A DNA stretch of 64,000 nt. Source: Pseudomonadota bacterium. Lineage in GTDB: Bacteria > Myxococcota > Myxococcia > Myxococcales > Vulgatibacteraceae. The notes under the pieces were generated by a model. It saw nothing but the letters and a program-made list of their open reading frames with translations. It ran no database searches and had not been told where the DNA came from. Position 1 is the first letter of the stretch; each line of letters opens with the position of its first letter. The stretch lies in assembly GCA_003242475.2 (NCBI GenBank), contig QGUN02000003.1:245-64244 (forward strand), written 5' to 3'. Shown here one piece after another: positions 20,910 to 32,434 of this stretch. The translations under genes and the position numbers were made by a program.

Positions 20910-21818
20910 ATGCGATCTCTGCTCAAGATCGGCTTGACCCTCGTCATCCTCCTGGGAGCGGTGATCTGGGTGGTGGGGGAGATGCGGGGGCTGAGGCGGA
21001 GCGCCGAGTACCGCCTGGCCCGCGAGGAGCTGCGCGCGGAATTCCTCGCCCGCGCCCCCTGGGTCTGGGGAATCCCGGATCCCGAACGCTACCGGGAGGA
21101 GGCCCGCGCTCTCTTCCGCTGGTACCACGAGGGGCTACAGGCGCTGGATCGTCGCTTTCCCGGGCAGGCGACAGCGCCCGACGCCTACCTTCGCGACCTG
21201 GAGGCGCGCCATCGCGAGGGTCGGCTCGGCGAGCCGGAGTACCACGGCTACAAGGAGTCGTACGAGCAGGTGGCCGAGGTCTGGGACGCGATCACCGCCG
21301 GGCGATACGCCCCCGTCATGACCGGCACGAGCAACTCGCTCCGTCTCGACTTCCTCGAGGCCCGGCCCGCGCTGATCCAGGGGCAGCGGGCCATACAGGG
21401 CCGCTTCGTCCTCTGGGGGGCGCAGCGGAGCCGGGCGGAGGAGCGGCCCGGCGAGTTCGAGCAGCCCCGCATCCAGACCCACGCCTCTTTCGACGACGTT
21501 CGGGTCAAGCTCTTCGACGCGCGCGAGCGGCAGATCGGCGAGCTGACCTTCGGCCTGCCCTCGGGCACCTACGTGCCGGTTCCCGAGCAGCGCATCGCGG
21601 ATTTCCCACCGCTGGCCTTCGTGGGCGAGTACGCCATCCCCCTGGTTCCCTACGAGGCGGAGACCATGGAGATGGTGGCGGTGGTCCGGTCGCGCTCGGC
21701 GAGCGGCGCCGAGATCCGCGGCGAATTCGTGTGGAAGCAGCCCGTGCCGACGAGCTGGAAGCTCGCGGAAGGCGAGGCCTGGGAGGGGGCGCGGATCGGC
21801 GTTCGCGAGGAGCCCTGA
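20910..21818 (+). CDS. Hypothetical membrane-anchored protein
   Basis: N-terminal TM segment IGLTLVILLGAVIWVV, with coding-like GC3 bias. I recognise no family. Confidence 0.55.
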   Translation: MRSLLKIGLTLVILLGAVIWVVGEMRGLRRSAEYRLAREELRAEFLARAPWVWGIPDPERYREEARALFRWYHEGLQALDRRFPGQATAPDAYLRDLEARHREGRLGEPEYHGYKESYEQVAEVWDAITAGRYAPVMTGTSNSLRLDFLEARPALIQGQRAIQGRFVLWGAQRSRAEERPGEFEQPRIQTHASFDDVRVKLFDARERQIGELTFGLPSGTYVPVPEQRIADFPPLAFVGEYAIPLVPYEAETMEMVAVVRSRSASGAEIRGEFVWKQPVPTSWKLAEGEAWEGARIGVREEP

Positions 21819-21994
21819 GGCTCTGGGCTCCCCGCGCGGCGCTCGATGGCGAAGCGGGGCGCGACCGGGCGTCTGCTCCCGGGACCGGGGGCTGCGGGCG
21901 GCCGTCTCGACGTGCCGCAGGGCGATGCCCTCTGGCGGGGTAAGGGCGAGTTGGCAGGTGCCGCAGCCCTGCCTTTCTGGTAAAGGCCACCTCC

Positions 21995-22855
21995 ATGGTG
22001 GACCCGGCCTTCATCGCCATCCTTCGGCTCCTGCCCAAGAACGCGATCTCCCGCCTGGTGGGGCGGATCACCCGGCTCGAGGGGGGAAAGACCGCCCACC
22101 AGCTCGCCATCCGCGCCTTCTGTGAGCGATACGGGGTGGCGGTGGAGGAGGCGGAGATGCCGATCTCCGAGTACCCGACCTTCGCCTCCTTCTTCACGCG
22201 GAGACTGCGCCCGGGTGCGCGCCCGATCGCTTCGGGCGAGAACGTGCCGGTCAGCCCCGTCGACGGCGCGGTCAGCCATGCGGGCATCGCCGGCCAGGGC
22301 CGCCTCGTCCAGGCCAAGGGAAAGGAGTACACGCTCGAGAAACTCCTCGCCGACCCCCTGCAGGCCGCGCGCTTTTCGGGCGGCGCCTACGTCACCATCT
22401 ACCTTTCCCCGCGCGACTACCACCGCATCCACGCGCCGCTGGGCGGCAAGATCACGGGCTACGCCCACGTCCCCGGCACGCTCTGGCCCGTCAACCGGCC
22501 GGCGGTGGAGAACGTGCCGGAACTCTTCGCCCGCAACGAGCGGTTGATCACGTACCTGGACACGCCGCTCGGAAGGGTGGCGGTCGTCGCGGTCGGGGCC
22601 ACCTGCGTGGGAAGGATCCGCGCCCTGTACGACGACCTCGTCACCAACGAGAAGCGGACCGGCCAGAGCCACCGCTACGAGACGCCGATCCCCGTCGCCA
22701 AAGGGGACGAGATCGCGGTCTTCGAGATGGGCAGCACCGTGATCCTGCTCTTCGAGCCGGGGCGGATCCAGCTCGATCCGCGGCTGGTGCCGGGAGCGCC
22801 GGTGCGGATGGGGGAGCGGATCGGCGTGAGTTCGAGCGAGGAAGACCGAACGTGA
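21995..22855 (+). CDS. psd: Phosphatidylserine decarboxylase proenzyme
   Basis: YLSPRDYHRIHAP...GTLWPVN...FEMGSTVILLF, including the GST self-cleavage motif. Confidence 0.88.
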   Translation: MVDPAFIAILRLLPKNAISRLVGRITRLEGGKTAHQLAIRAFCERYGVAVEEAEMPISEYPTFASFFTRRLRPGARPIASGENVPVSPVDGAVSHAGIAGQGRLVQAKGKEYTLEKLLADPLQAARFSGGAYVTIYLSPRDYHRIHAPLGGKITGYAHVPGTLWPVNRPAVENVPELFARNERLITYLDTPLGRVAVVAVGATCVGRIRALYDDLVTNEKRTGQSHRYETPIPVAKGDEIAVFEMGSTVILLFEPGRIQLDPRLVPGAPVRMGERIGVSSSEEDRT

Positions 22856-24135
22856 AGATCAGCGCAGTCAAAGGGATGAAGGACGTCCTCCCCACCGCGC
22901 AAGGGGAGGATGCGCCGTTCAACAGCCGGATCTGGGAGCGGATCCTGAACGCCGGACGCGAGGTGCTCTCGCGCTACGGCTTCGAGCTCATCCACACGCC
23001 GGTCCTCGAGGAATCGCGGCTCTTCGCCCGGGCGGTCGGCGAGGAGACCGACATCGTCGGCAAGGAGATGTACGCTTTCGAGGATCGCGGCGGGAAGGTG
23101 CTGGCGCTCCGGCCGGAGAATACCGCCGGCGCGGTGCGGGCCTACGTGGAGCAGGGCTTGCCCATGCGCGATCCCGTGCAGCGCTGGTGGTACTTCGGCC
23201 CGATGTTCCGCCGCGAGCGGCCCCAGCGCCATCGCTACCGGCAGTTTTTCCAGCTCGGCGTCGAATCCTTCGGCGTGGCCGCGCCCGAGGAAGACGTGGA
23301 GATCCTCGCCCTCGCCCGCGATCTGATCGAGGCGGTGGGGCTGGTCGGGGTCGAGCTTCGCGTCAACAGCCTCGGCGACGAGGCGTGCCGGCCGGGCTAC
23401 CTCGAGGTGCTGCGCGCCTACCTCGAGGAACGCCGCGACCGGCTCTGTGCCGACTGCCAGCGGCGGATCGACCGCAACCCGTTGCGAGCCCTCGACTGCA
23501 AGGAACCCGGCTGCGTGGAGGCAACGCGCGACGCGCCCGCCTCGCACGAACATCTCTGCGACCCCTGCCGGCAGCACTTCGACCGCGTCCTCGCCGGGGC
23601 CGCGGCCATGGAGATCCCCTACGTCCTCGACGCCCGGCTCGTCCGCGGCCTGGACTACTACACGCGAACCGCCTTCGAGATGACCGCTCAGGCTCTGGGC
23701 ACGGGGCAGCAGACCGCAGTCTGCGGGGGAGGGCGCTACGACGGTCTGGTGAAGCTCCTCGGCGGACCGCCCACGCCGGCGATCGGCTTCGCCATGGGCG
23801 TGGAGCGGATCGCCACCCTGCTCGCCGAGGCGGGGGGCGTCCCCGCTGCCTCCGCGGATCTCTTCCTCGCCTTCGCCGATCCCCGCGGACTGGAGGCGGC
23901 GCAGCGGCTGGCGCGGCAGGCGCGAGGCCGCGGCCTTCGCACCGAGATGGACCTGCGGGGCGGAAAGGTCTCGAAGCAGCTCGGTCGCGCCGACCGGCGC
24001 GGCGCGCGCTTCGCGGTGGTGCTCGGCGAGCTGGAGGTGCAGGCCGGGCGGGCGCGGCTCAAGGAGATGGCCACCGGCCAGGAGACGGAGGTGGCCCTGG
24101 ACGCGCTGGTGGAGGAGGTTTGGAAGCGGAGGTAG
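22852..24135 (+). CDS. hisS: Histidine--tRNA ligase
   Basis: GTG start overlaps the psd stop. Contains VKGMKDVLP...LRPENTAGAVRAY...WYFGPMFRRERPQRHRYRQFFQLGVE. Confidence 0.93.
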   Translation: MKISAVKGMKDVLPTAQGEDAPFNSRIWERILNAGREVLSRYGFELIHTPVLEESRLFARAVGEETDIVGKEMYAFEDRGGKVLALRPENTAGAVRAYVEQGLPMRDPVQRWWYFGPMFRRERPQRHRYRQFFQLGVESFGVAAPEEDVEILALARDLIEAVGLVGVELRVNSLGDEACRPGYLEVLRAYLEERRDRLCADCQRRIDRNPLRALDCKEPGCVEATRDAPASHEHLCDPCRQHFDRVLAGAAAMEIPYVLDARLVRGLDYYTRTAFEMTAQALGTGQQTAVCGGGRYDGLVKLLGGPPTPAIGFAMGVERIATLLAEAGGVPAASADLFLAFADPRGLEAAQRLARQARGRGLRTEMDLRGGKVSKQLGRADRRGARFAVVLGELEVQAGRARLKEMATGQETEVALDALVEEVWKRR

Positions 24136-25070
24136 GGATCTTCGTCGCCGCTCTCGTCGGTCCGACCGCCTCGGGCAAGACCGCCCTCGCCCTCGAGCTC
24201 GCCCGGCTCCTCCCGGTGGAGGTGGTCTCCTGCGACTCCCAGGCCGTCTACCGCGGCATGGACGTGGGTACGGCCAAGCCGACGCCGAAGGAGCGGGCGG
24301 AGGTCCCCCATCACCTGGTGGACGTGGCGGAGGTGGGGGAGGAATTCTCCGCGGCGCGATACGTGGAACTCGCCGACGAGGCCATCGCCGACATCCACGC
24401 CCGGGGCAAGCTTCCGCTCGTGGTGGGGGGAACGGGCCTCTACCTCTCCGCGCTCCTTTACGGGCTGGCCGCCGCGCCGCCGAAGGACGAGGCGGTCCGG
24501 CGGCGGCTCGAGGGGGAGGTGCGGCGCCTCGGAGCGCCGGCGTTGCACGCGCGCCTGGCGCAGGTCGACCCCGAGGCCGCAGCCCGCATCTCCCCGGGGG
24601 ATCCGGTGCGGATCGTGCGCGCCCTGGAGGTCTGGGAGCTCACCGGCAAGCCGATCACGCAGTTTCATCGCGAGCATCCGCGAAGACCGCGCTATCGGGC
24701 CCTCGTCCTCGGGGTGACGCCGCCCCGGGACGAGCTGTATCGGCGCGTCGACGAGCGTGCGGTGCGGATGTTCGAGGGCGGGCTGCTGGAGGAGACGCGG
24801 GCTCTGGCGCGAGCACCGGGCGCTCGTCGCCAGCTCGAGCGATGCATCGGCTACGGGGAGGCCCTGGACGTGCTGGAGGGCAGGGCGACGCCCGCCGAGG
24901 CCCTGGCCCGGATGCAGCGAGAGCAGCGCCGGTACGCCAAGCGGCAGCTCACCTGGTTTCGCAAGATGGACGTCCGCTGGCTGCCCTGGCCGCCGCGCGT
25001 CGAGGAGGTGGCGGAACTCGTCGCAAAGGCGCGGGATTCTTCAGGAGAAGTCCCGAAGCGGGTCCCGTGA
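24120..25070 (+). CDS. miaA: tRNA dimethylallyltransferase
   Basis: FVAALVGPTASGKTALALELA...VSCDSQAVYRGMDVGTAKPT...VPHHLVDV. The likely start is TTG at 24120, overlapping the hisS end; its position is approximate. It is the real 3' part of track ORF 23187..25070. Confidence 0.85.
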   Translation: MEAEVGIFVAALVGPTASGKTALALELARLLPVEVVSCDSQAVYRGMDVGTAKPTPKERAEVPHHLVDVAEVGEEFSAARYVELADEAIADIHARGKLPLVVGGTGLYLSALLYGLAAAPPKDEAVRRRLEGEVRRLGAPALHARLAQVDPEAAARISPGDPVRIVRALEVWELTGKPITQFHREHPRRPRYRALVLGVTPPRDELYRRVDERAVRMFEGGLLEETRALARAPGARRQLERCIGYGEALDVLEGRATPAEALARMQREQRRYAKRQLTWFRKMDVRWLPWPPRVEEVAELVAKARDSSGEVPKRVP

Positions 25071-25115
25071 TCGGGGGCCCGCCGACCACCGCGGCGTTTA
25101 CTCGGCGCGCCGCGG

Positions 25116-26117
25116 ATGTTAGATGCCCCAGTCATGAGCCAGTTCGCCCTCGATTTCGAGAGGCCGCTTCTCGAGCTGGAGAGCCGCATCGCCGGGCTTC
25201 GGCAGCTCGCCGCCGAGGGGCAGACCGACATCGCGCGGGAGCTCGACCGGCTGGAGCGAAAGGCCCAGAAGCTCCAGCGGGAGATCTTCAAGGACCTCTC
25301 GCGGTGGCAGATGGTCCAGCTCTCCCGCCATCCCCGGCGCCCCTATACGCTGGACTACATCCAGGCGCTTTTCACCGATTTCGAGGAGCTGCACGGCGAC
25401 CGTCGCTTCGGCGAGGACCCCGCCATCGTCGGGGGCTTCGCCCGCTTCGACGGCGAGCCGGTCCTGGTCCTCGGCCACCAGAAGGGCCGGACGACCAAGG
25501 AAAACATGCTTCGCAACTTCGGGATGCCGCGCCCGGAGGGCTACCGGAAGGCCATGCGGCTGATGCAACTCGCCGATCGCTTCCGGCGTCCCATCCTCAC
25601 CTTCATCGACACGCCGGGCGCCTATCCGGGCATCGGAGCCGAGGAGCGCGGCCAGGCCGAGGCGATCGCCGAGAGCCTGGAGATGATGGCCCAGCTGCGC
25701 GTTCCGGTGATCTGCACGGTGATCGGGGAGGGCGGCTCGGGCGGCGCGCTCGCCATCGGCGTGGGCAACCGCGTGCTGATGCTGCAGTACGGCGTCTACT
25801 CGGTCATCAGCCCCGAGGCCTGCTCGTCCATCCTGTACCGGGACGCGAGCAAGGCCGAGCTGGCGGCCGACGCGCTCAAGCTCACCGCGCCCGACCTGAT
25901 CGGCTTCGGCATCGTGGACGAGGTGGTCGAGGAGGCTCCCGGCGGAGCGCACCGCGACCCCCAGAAGACGGCGGAAAACCTCGGCGCGGCCCTGAGGCGG
26001 CACCTGGCCGAGCTCAAGAAGCTCGATCCGGAAGCCCTGGTGGCCGATCGTTACGCCAAGTTCCGCGCCATGGGAGTCTTCGAGGAGCAGGCCCGAACGT
26101 CGATGGAGGGGAGATGA
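25116..26117 (+). CDS. accA: Acetyl-CoA carboxylase carboxyltransferase alpha subunit
   Basis: [11 protein letters not shown]...[12 protein letters not shown]...[23 protein letters not shown]...[14 protein letters not shown]. Alternative ATG at 25134. Confidence 0.93.
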   Translation: MLDAPVMSQFALDFERPLLELESRIAGLRQLAAEGQTDIARELDRLERKAQKLQREIFKDLSRWQMVQLSRHPRRPYTLDYIQALFTDFEELHGDRRFGEDPAIVGGFARFDGEPVLVLGHQKGRTTKENMLRNFGMPRPEGYRKAMRLMQLADRFRRPILTFIDTPGAYPGIGAEERGQAEAIAESLEMMAQLRVPVICTVIGEGGSGGALAIGVGNRVLMLQYGVYSVISPEACSSILYRDASKAELAADALKLTAPDLIGFGIVDEVVEEAPGGAHRDPQKTAENLGAALRRHLAELKKLDPEALVADRYAKFRAMGVFEEQARTSMEGR

Positions 26118-27205
26118 ACTCGCTCGTTCCTTCATTTATCGAGAATCTCGCGCCCTACATCCCCGGAAAGCCCATCGAGGAGACCGAGCGGGAATACGGG
26201 GTCAAGAACATCGCCAAGCTGGCCTCGAACGAAAACCCGCTCGGCCCGTCGCCGAAAGCCCTCGAGGCCATGGCGCAGGCGCTGGGGAAGATGAATCTCT
26301 ACCCGGACGCCTCGGCCTTCTACCTGCGCAACGAGCTCGCCGCCTTCCTCGACGTCCGCCCCGAGGAGCTCGTTCTCGGCAACGGCTCCAACGAGCTCAT
26401 CGAGCTGCTCATCCGGACCTTCGTCCACGGCGACGACGAGGTCCTGCTCTCCGAGCACACCTTCCCCATCTACAAGATCTCCGCCCAGGCGGTGGGTCGT
26501 CGTTTCGTCGAGGTGCCGATGAAGGATCGGCACTACGACCTGGAGGCGATGGCCGACGCGGTGAACGCCCGGACGCGGATGGTCTTCATCGCCAATCCGG
26601 ACAACCCCACCGGTACCTACCAGACCGAGGAGGCGGTGGTTCGCTTCCTGGAGCGGCTGCCGGAGCGAACGCTCGTCGTCCTGGACGAGGCGTACTACGA
26701 GTACGTGGTGGCGCCGGATTATCCGAACTCTCTCGCCCTGCGGAAGCGCTTCCCCAACCTGATCGTGCTGCGGACCTTTTCCAAGGCCTACGGCCTGGCG
26801 GGGCTGCGGGTGGGCTACGGCATCGCCCGGCCGGAGATCGTCGAGTACGTCAACCGGACGCGCGCGCCCTTCAACGTCTCCACCATCGCCCAGATCGCTG
26901 CCCGCGCCGCCCTGCAGGACCAGGAGCACGTGCGGCGGACCGTGGAGCTGAATCGCAAGGGGCTCGCCCTCCTCGGCAAGGAATTGCCGGCGCTGGGGCT
27001 CTCCTTCACCCCTTCGCAGGCGAATTTCTACCTCGTGGACTTCCACCGGCCCATCGGCCCGCTCTTCGAGGCGCTCTTGCGCGAGGGCGTCATCGTCCGG
27101 CCCATGACCGCCAACGGCTTCCCGACCTCGGCTCGGATCAACACCGGAACCGAGGAGGAGAACGAAAAGCTCCTCGGGGCGCTTCGCAGGGTGCTGGCGG
27201 CATGA
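26114..27205 (+). CDS. hisC: Histidinol-phosphate aminotransferase
   Basis: ATG at 26114 overlaps the accA stop (ATGA). Contains [15 protein letters not shown]...[10 protein letters not shown]...[16 protein letters not shown]. Confidence 0.9.
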   Translation: MNSLVPSFIENLAPYIPGKPIEETEREYGVKNIAKLASNENPLGPSPKALEAMAQALGKMNLYPDASAFYLRNELAAFLDVRPEELVLGNGSNELIELLIRTFVHGDDEVLLSEHTFPIYKISAQAVGRRFVEVPMKDRHYDLEAMADAVNARTRMVFIANPDNPTGTYQTEEAVVRFLERLPERTLVVLDEAYYEYVVAPDYPNSLALRKRFPNLIVLRTFSKAYGLAGLRVGYGIARPEIVEYVNRTRAPFNVSTIAQIAARAALQDQEHVRRTVELNRKGLALLGKELPALGLSFTPSQANFYLVDFHRPIGPLFEALLREGVIVRPMTANGFPTSARINTGTEEENEKLLGALRRVLAA

Positions 27206-27915
27206 CGGAACCTCCCTCTCGTCCTTTTCTCCTCGCCATCGACGGGCCGGCGGGCGCCGGCAAGAGCACGGTCAGCCGCCGGGTGGCGCACCGCCTCGGC
27301 TTCTCCATCATCGACACCGGCGCTCTTTACCGGGCCGTGGCTCTCGCCGCCCGGCGCGCGGGGGTCGACTGGGAAGACGAGGCGGGCCTGGAGGCTCTCT
27401 TGCGGCGGATCGACCTTCGGCTAGAGGGCGATGGCGAGGAGGAGAGCCGGGTATTTCTCGACGGCGACGACGTCTCCCTGGCCATCCGCACCCCCGAGAT
27501 CTCCCTGGGTGCATCGAAAGTCTCGGCGGTGCGGGCCGTCCGCGAAGGGCTGCTCGGCCTGCAGCGCCGCCTCGGTCTCGCCGCGCCCCGCGGAGCCGTA
27601 CTCGAGGGCCGGGACATCGGCACGGTGGTCTTCCCCGACGCCGATGCCAAGATCTTCCTCACCGCTTCGGTGGAGCAGCGCGCCCGACGCCGTTACGAGG
27701 AGCTGCGCGCACGCGGGGAGGACGTGGATTTCGAGGAGGTCCTGGCCGACCAGATTCGGCGGGACCGCCGCGATACCGAGCGCGCACTGGCGCCGCTTCG
27801 GCCCGCGGAGGACGCCTTCGTGGTCGATTCGACCGGCCGGACCATCGAGGAGGTGGTCGACGAGATCGTGCGCCTGGTGCAATCGCGCCTTGCGCAGAGA
27901 AACGCGGAGGGTTAG
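27202..27915 (+). CDS. cmk: Cytidylate kinase
   Basis: LLAIDGPAGAGKSTVSRRVAHRLGFSIIDTGALYRAVA. Overlaps hisC by 4 nt. Confidence 0.92.
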   Translation: MTEPPSRPFLLAIDGPAGAGKSTVSRRVAHRLGFSIIDTGALYRAVALAARRAGVDWEDEAGLEALLRRIDLRLEGDGEEESRVFLDGDDVSLAIRTPEISLGASKVSAVRAVREGLLGLQRRLGLAAPRGAVLEGRDIGTVVFPDADAKIFLTASVEQRARRRYEELRARGEDVDFEEVLADQIRRDRRDTERALAPLRPAEDAFVVDSTGRTIEEVVDEIVRLVQSRLAQRNAEG

Positions 27916-27939
27916 GAGGGGAGCGTCCCCGGAGGAAAG

Positions 27940-28857
27940 ATGGAGATCACCATCGCCAGGACCGCAGGCTTTTGCTGGGGCGTCCGGCGGACCGTCGACA
28001 AGGTCCTCAAGACCATCGAGGAGGGACGCCCGCAGGTGGCGACCCTCGGCCCGGTCATTCACAACCCGCAAACCATCGAGAAATTCGAGTCCAAGGGTGT
28101 CCGGGTTTACCAGCAGGTCGAGGAGGTCCCCGACGGCACCACGCTCGTCATTCGCACCCACGGCGCGGTGGTTCCCCAGCAGAGGCTGGCCAAGGATCGC
28201 GGCCTCGAGGTGATCGACGGAACCTGCCCCTACGTGAAATTCCCTCAGGTGATGGCCCAGCGCCTCACTCGCGACGGTTATCACCTCATCATCGTGGGCG
28301 ACGAGAACCACGCGGAGATCAAGGGCGTCGCCTCCTACGCCGAGGGCCCCTACACCATCGTCCGCGCGGGCGACGAGCTCCCCGAACTACCCGGCGTCAA
28401 GAAGGTCGCCATCATCTCCCAGACCACCAACGACGCCGCCCACTTCCGCAAGGTGGTCGCCGAGGCCTCGGTCCGCTTCCGCGAGGTCCGCGCCATCAAC
28501 ACCATCTGCTACGACACGGGCGAGCGACAGACCGAGGTCCGGGAGCTGTGCCGGAAGGTGGACGTGCTGGTGGTGGTGGGCGGCCGGATGAGCGCCAACA
28601 CGCGCCACCTGGCGGAGATCGGCGCCGAGATCCTGCCGCCGGAGCGCGTTCACCACGTGGAGCGCGCCGACGAGCTTCGGCCGGAGTGGTTCGAGGGGTT
28701 CGAGCGAGTCGGCATCTCCGCGGGCGCCTCCACCCCGGACGACGTCATCGACGAGGTGGTCGAGCGGATCGGCTCCTTCGCCCGCGGGGAGGTCCGCCGG
28801 ACGGTCCATACCCCCTCCTTCACGCCCACCCATGCCAACCGAGGGAATGCTTCGTGA
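27940..28857 (+). CDS. ispH: 4-hydroxy-3-methylbut-2-enyl diphosphate reductase
   Basis: ARTAGFCWGVRRTV...DGTCPYV...IVGDENHAE...VVVGGRMSANTRHL. The cmk-ispH-rpsA neighbourhood is a known arrangement. Confidence 0.92.
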   Translation: MEITIARTAGFCWGVRRTVDKVLKTIEEGRPQVATLGPVIHNPQTIEKFESKGVRVYQQVEEVPDGTTLVIRTHGAVVPQQRLAKDRGLEVIDGTCPYVKFPQVMAQRLTRDGYHLIIVGDENHAEIKGVASYAEGPYTIVRAGDELPELPGVKKVAIISQTTNDAAHFRKVVAEASVRFREVRAINTICYDTGERQTEVRELCRKVDVLVVVGGRMSANTRHLAEIGAEILPPERVHHVERADELRPEWFEGFERVGISAGASTPDDVIDEVVERIGSFARGEVRRTVHTPSFTPTHANRGNAS

Positions 28858-28874
28858 GGACGCCTCGGGCCAGC

Positions 28875-28903
28875 TTGACAAGAGGGAATCATGCGACTAG
28901 CGT
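28875..28903 (+). promoter_or_regulatory. Candidate sigma70-type promoter for rpsA
   Basis: TTGACA at 28875-28880, a 17-nt spacer, then TAGCGT at 28898-28903. It is followed by a roughly 135-nt leader of visibly lower GC, up to the rpsA ATG at 29043. Confidence 0.4.
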
Positions 28904-29042
28904 CCGCGTTCCCTTGAAGAGCCCAGGGCCCAGACCTGTACTCCGAAATTCCGACAACGCATCGCTCCCCGTGCGTCCGTCGCATGCTATTCACCAGGGG
29001 AACCCAGACGCTTTTGCGTAAGATCAGGAAGAAGTTTCGTTC

Positions 29043-30740
<1,698 letters not shown>

Positions 30741-30764
30741 TCGCGGACTTCCTTCCACCCCAAA

Positions 30765-30793
30765 CCCCCTGCCACCTCGGCAGGGGGTTTTTT
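30765..30793 (+). terminator. Rho-independent terminator after rpsA
   Basis: CCCCCTGCC-ACCTC-GGCAGGGGG followed by TTTTTT. Confidence 0.85.
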
Positions 30794-31066
30794 CGTGGTC
30801 GGCGGCTGGATGCTGGCAGTCTCGTCGACCAGCGTGCCTGCCCTCGACTCGTCGGCCGAGAGAGCGGCATTCTGTCCGCTGCGGGCGGGGCTTTTCTTTG
30901 CGGATGAAGGGAGCGGAAGCAGGCGCAGGCAACGGCGTAAAGAAGTCGTGATTGCTTCACCCCTTTTCACTTTTGAATTGACCGGCTGTTTCTGGCATGG
31001 GTCCGGGCGCTCTGTTTACTGGGGCTCGCTCTGTTTGCAGGGTGCGTTTTCGCCTGGACCGCAGGT

Positions 31067-31516
31067 GTGGCGAAGGCGGAGTCGTGGGACCGAAGCTTCG
31101 AGTCGGCGGGAGGGCTCGTGGCAGGCGAGGCCTCCGCGGACATCGTCGTGCTCGGGGGCGAGCCGACGGATGCAGGGGTGCGCGCGACGCGAGCCCTTCT
31201 CGAATCGGTGCGGCGCCAGGCGAAGCTGGTAATGGATGCCGCAGCGCTCGGCGACGTGAGCTCCCCGCTCATCGTCGCCGGCGGGGTGGCTTTGGGAGGC
31301 TTGGTGACGGTCTTGGTGGCGAAAGCGATCAACCCTCGACCCGTCACTCAGATGGAGGCGAAAAGCTTGGAAGGCAGCTCGGGCTCGATCGCGAGGCGAG
31401 GACGACCCTCACGCCCGGGGTGGCCGCCTTGCCCGGAGGTGGTCGAGCGCGTCCCTCTTCGCCGAGGCTCTTCCCGGCTCCCAGATGCCTTGACGCTCGG
31501 GCGGGCAGGGGGCTAG
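31067..31516 (+). CDS. Small hypothetical protein; the true start is probably upstream (see finding)
   Basis: Track ORF with GC3-rich codons and an internal hydrophobic helix PLIVAGGVALGGLVTVLVA. The same frame stays open back to 30977 and there encodes a lipoprotein-type signal (LLGLALFAGC). Confidence 0.4.
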   Translation: MAKAESWDRSFESAGGLVAGEASADIVVLGGEPTDAGVRATRALLESVRRQAKLVMDAAALGDVSSPLIVAGGVALGGLVTVLVAKAINPRPVTQMEAKSLEGSSGSIARRGRPSRPGWPPCPEVVERVPLRRGSSRLPDALTLGRAGG

Positions 31517-31528
31517 CTTGCCGCGCCT

Positions 31529-32423
<895 letters not shown>

Positions 32424-32434
<11 letters not shown>

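Noticed and set aside
21883-21912. Possible additional degenerate copies of the GC-rich repeat: GACCGGGGGCTGCGGGCGGCCGTCTCGACG at 21883-21912, and a reverse-orientation stretch around 42660-42720.
   Set aside because: Similarity is limited to short GC-rich runs (GGCTGCGG, CCGCCTCCG). In DNA of this composition that is not clearly above background without a statistical scan.
21953-21980. A weak hairpin GGCAGG-N9-CCTGCC followed by TTTCTGG upstream of psd, considered as a terminator for the 20910-21818 gene.
   Set aside because: The stem is only 6 bp and the T tract only three residues, so the evidence is insufficient to annotate it.
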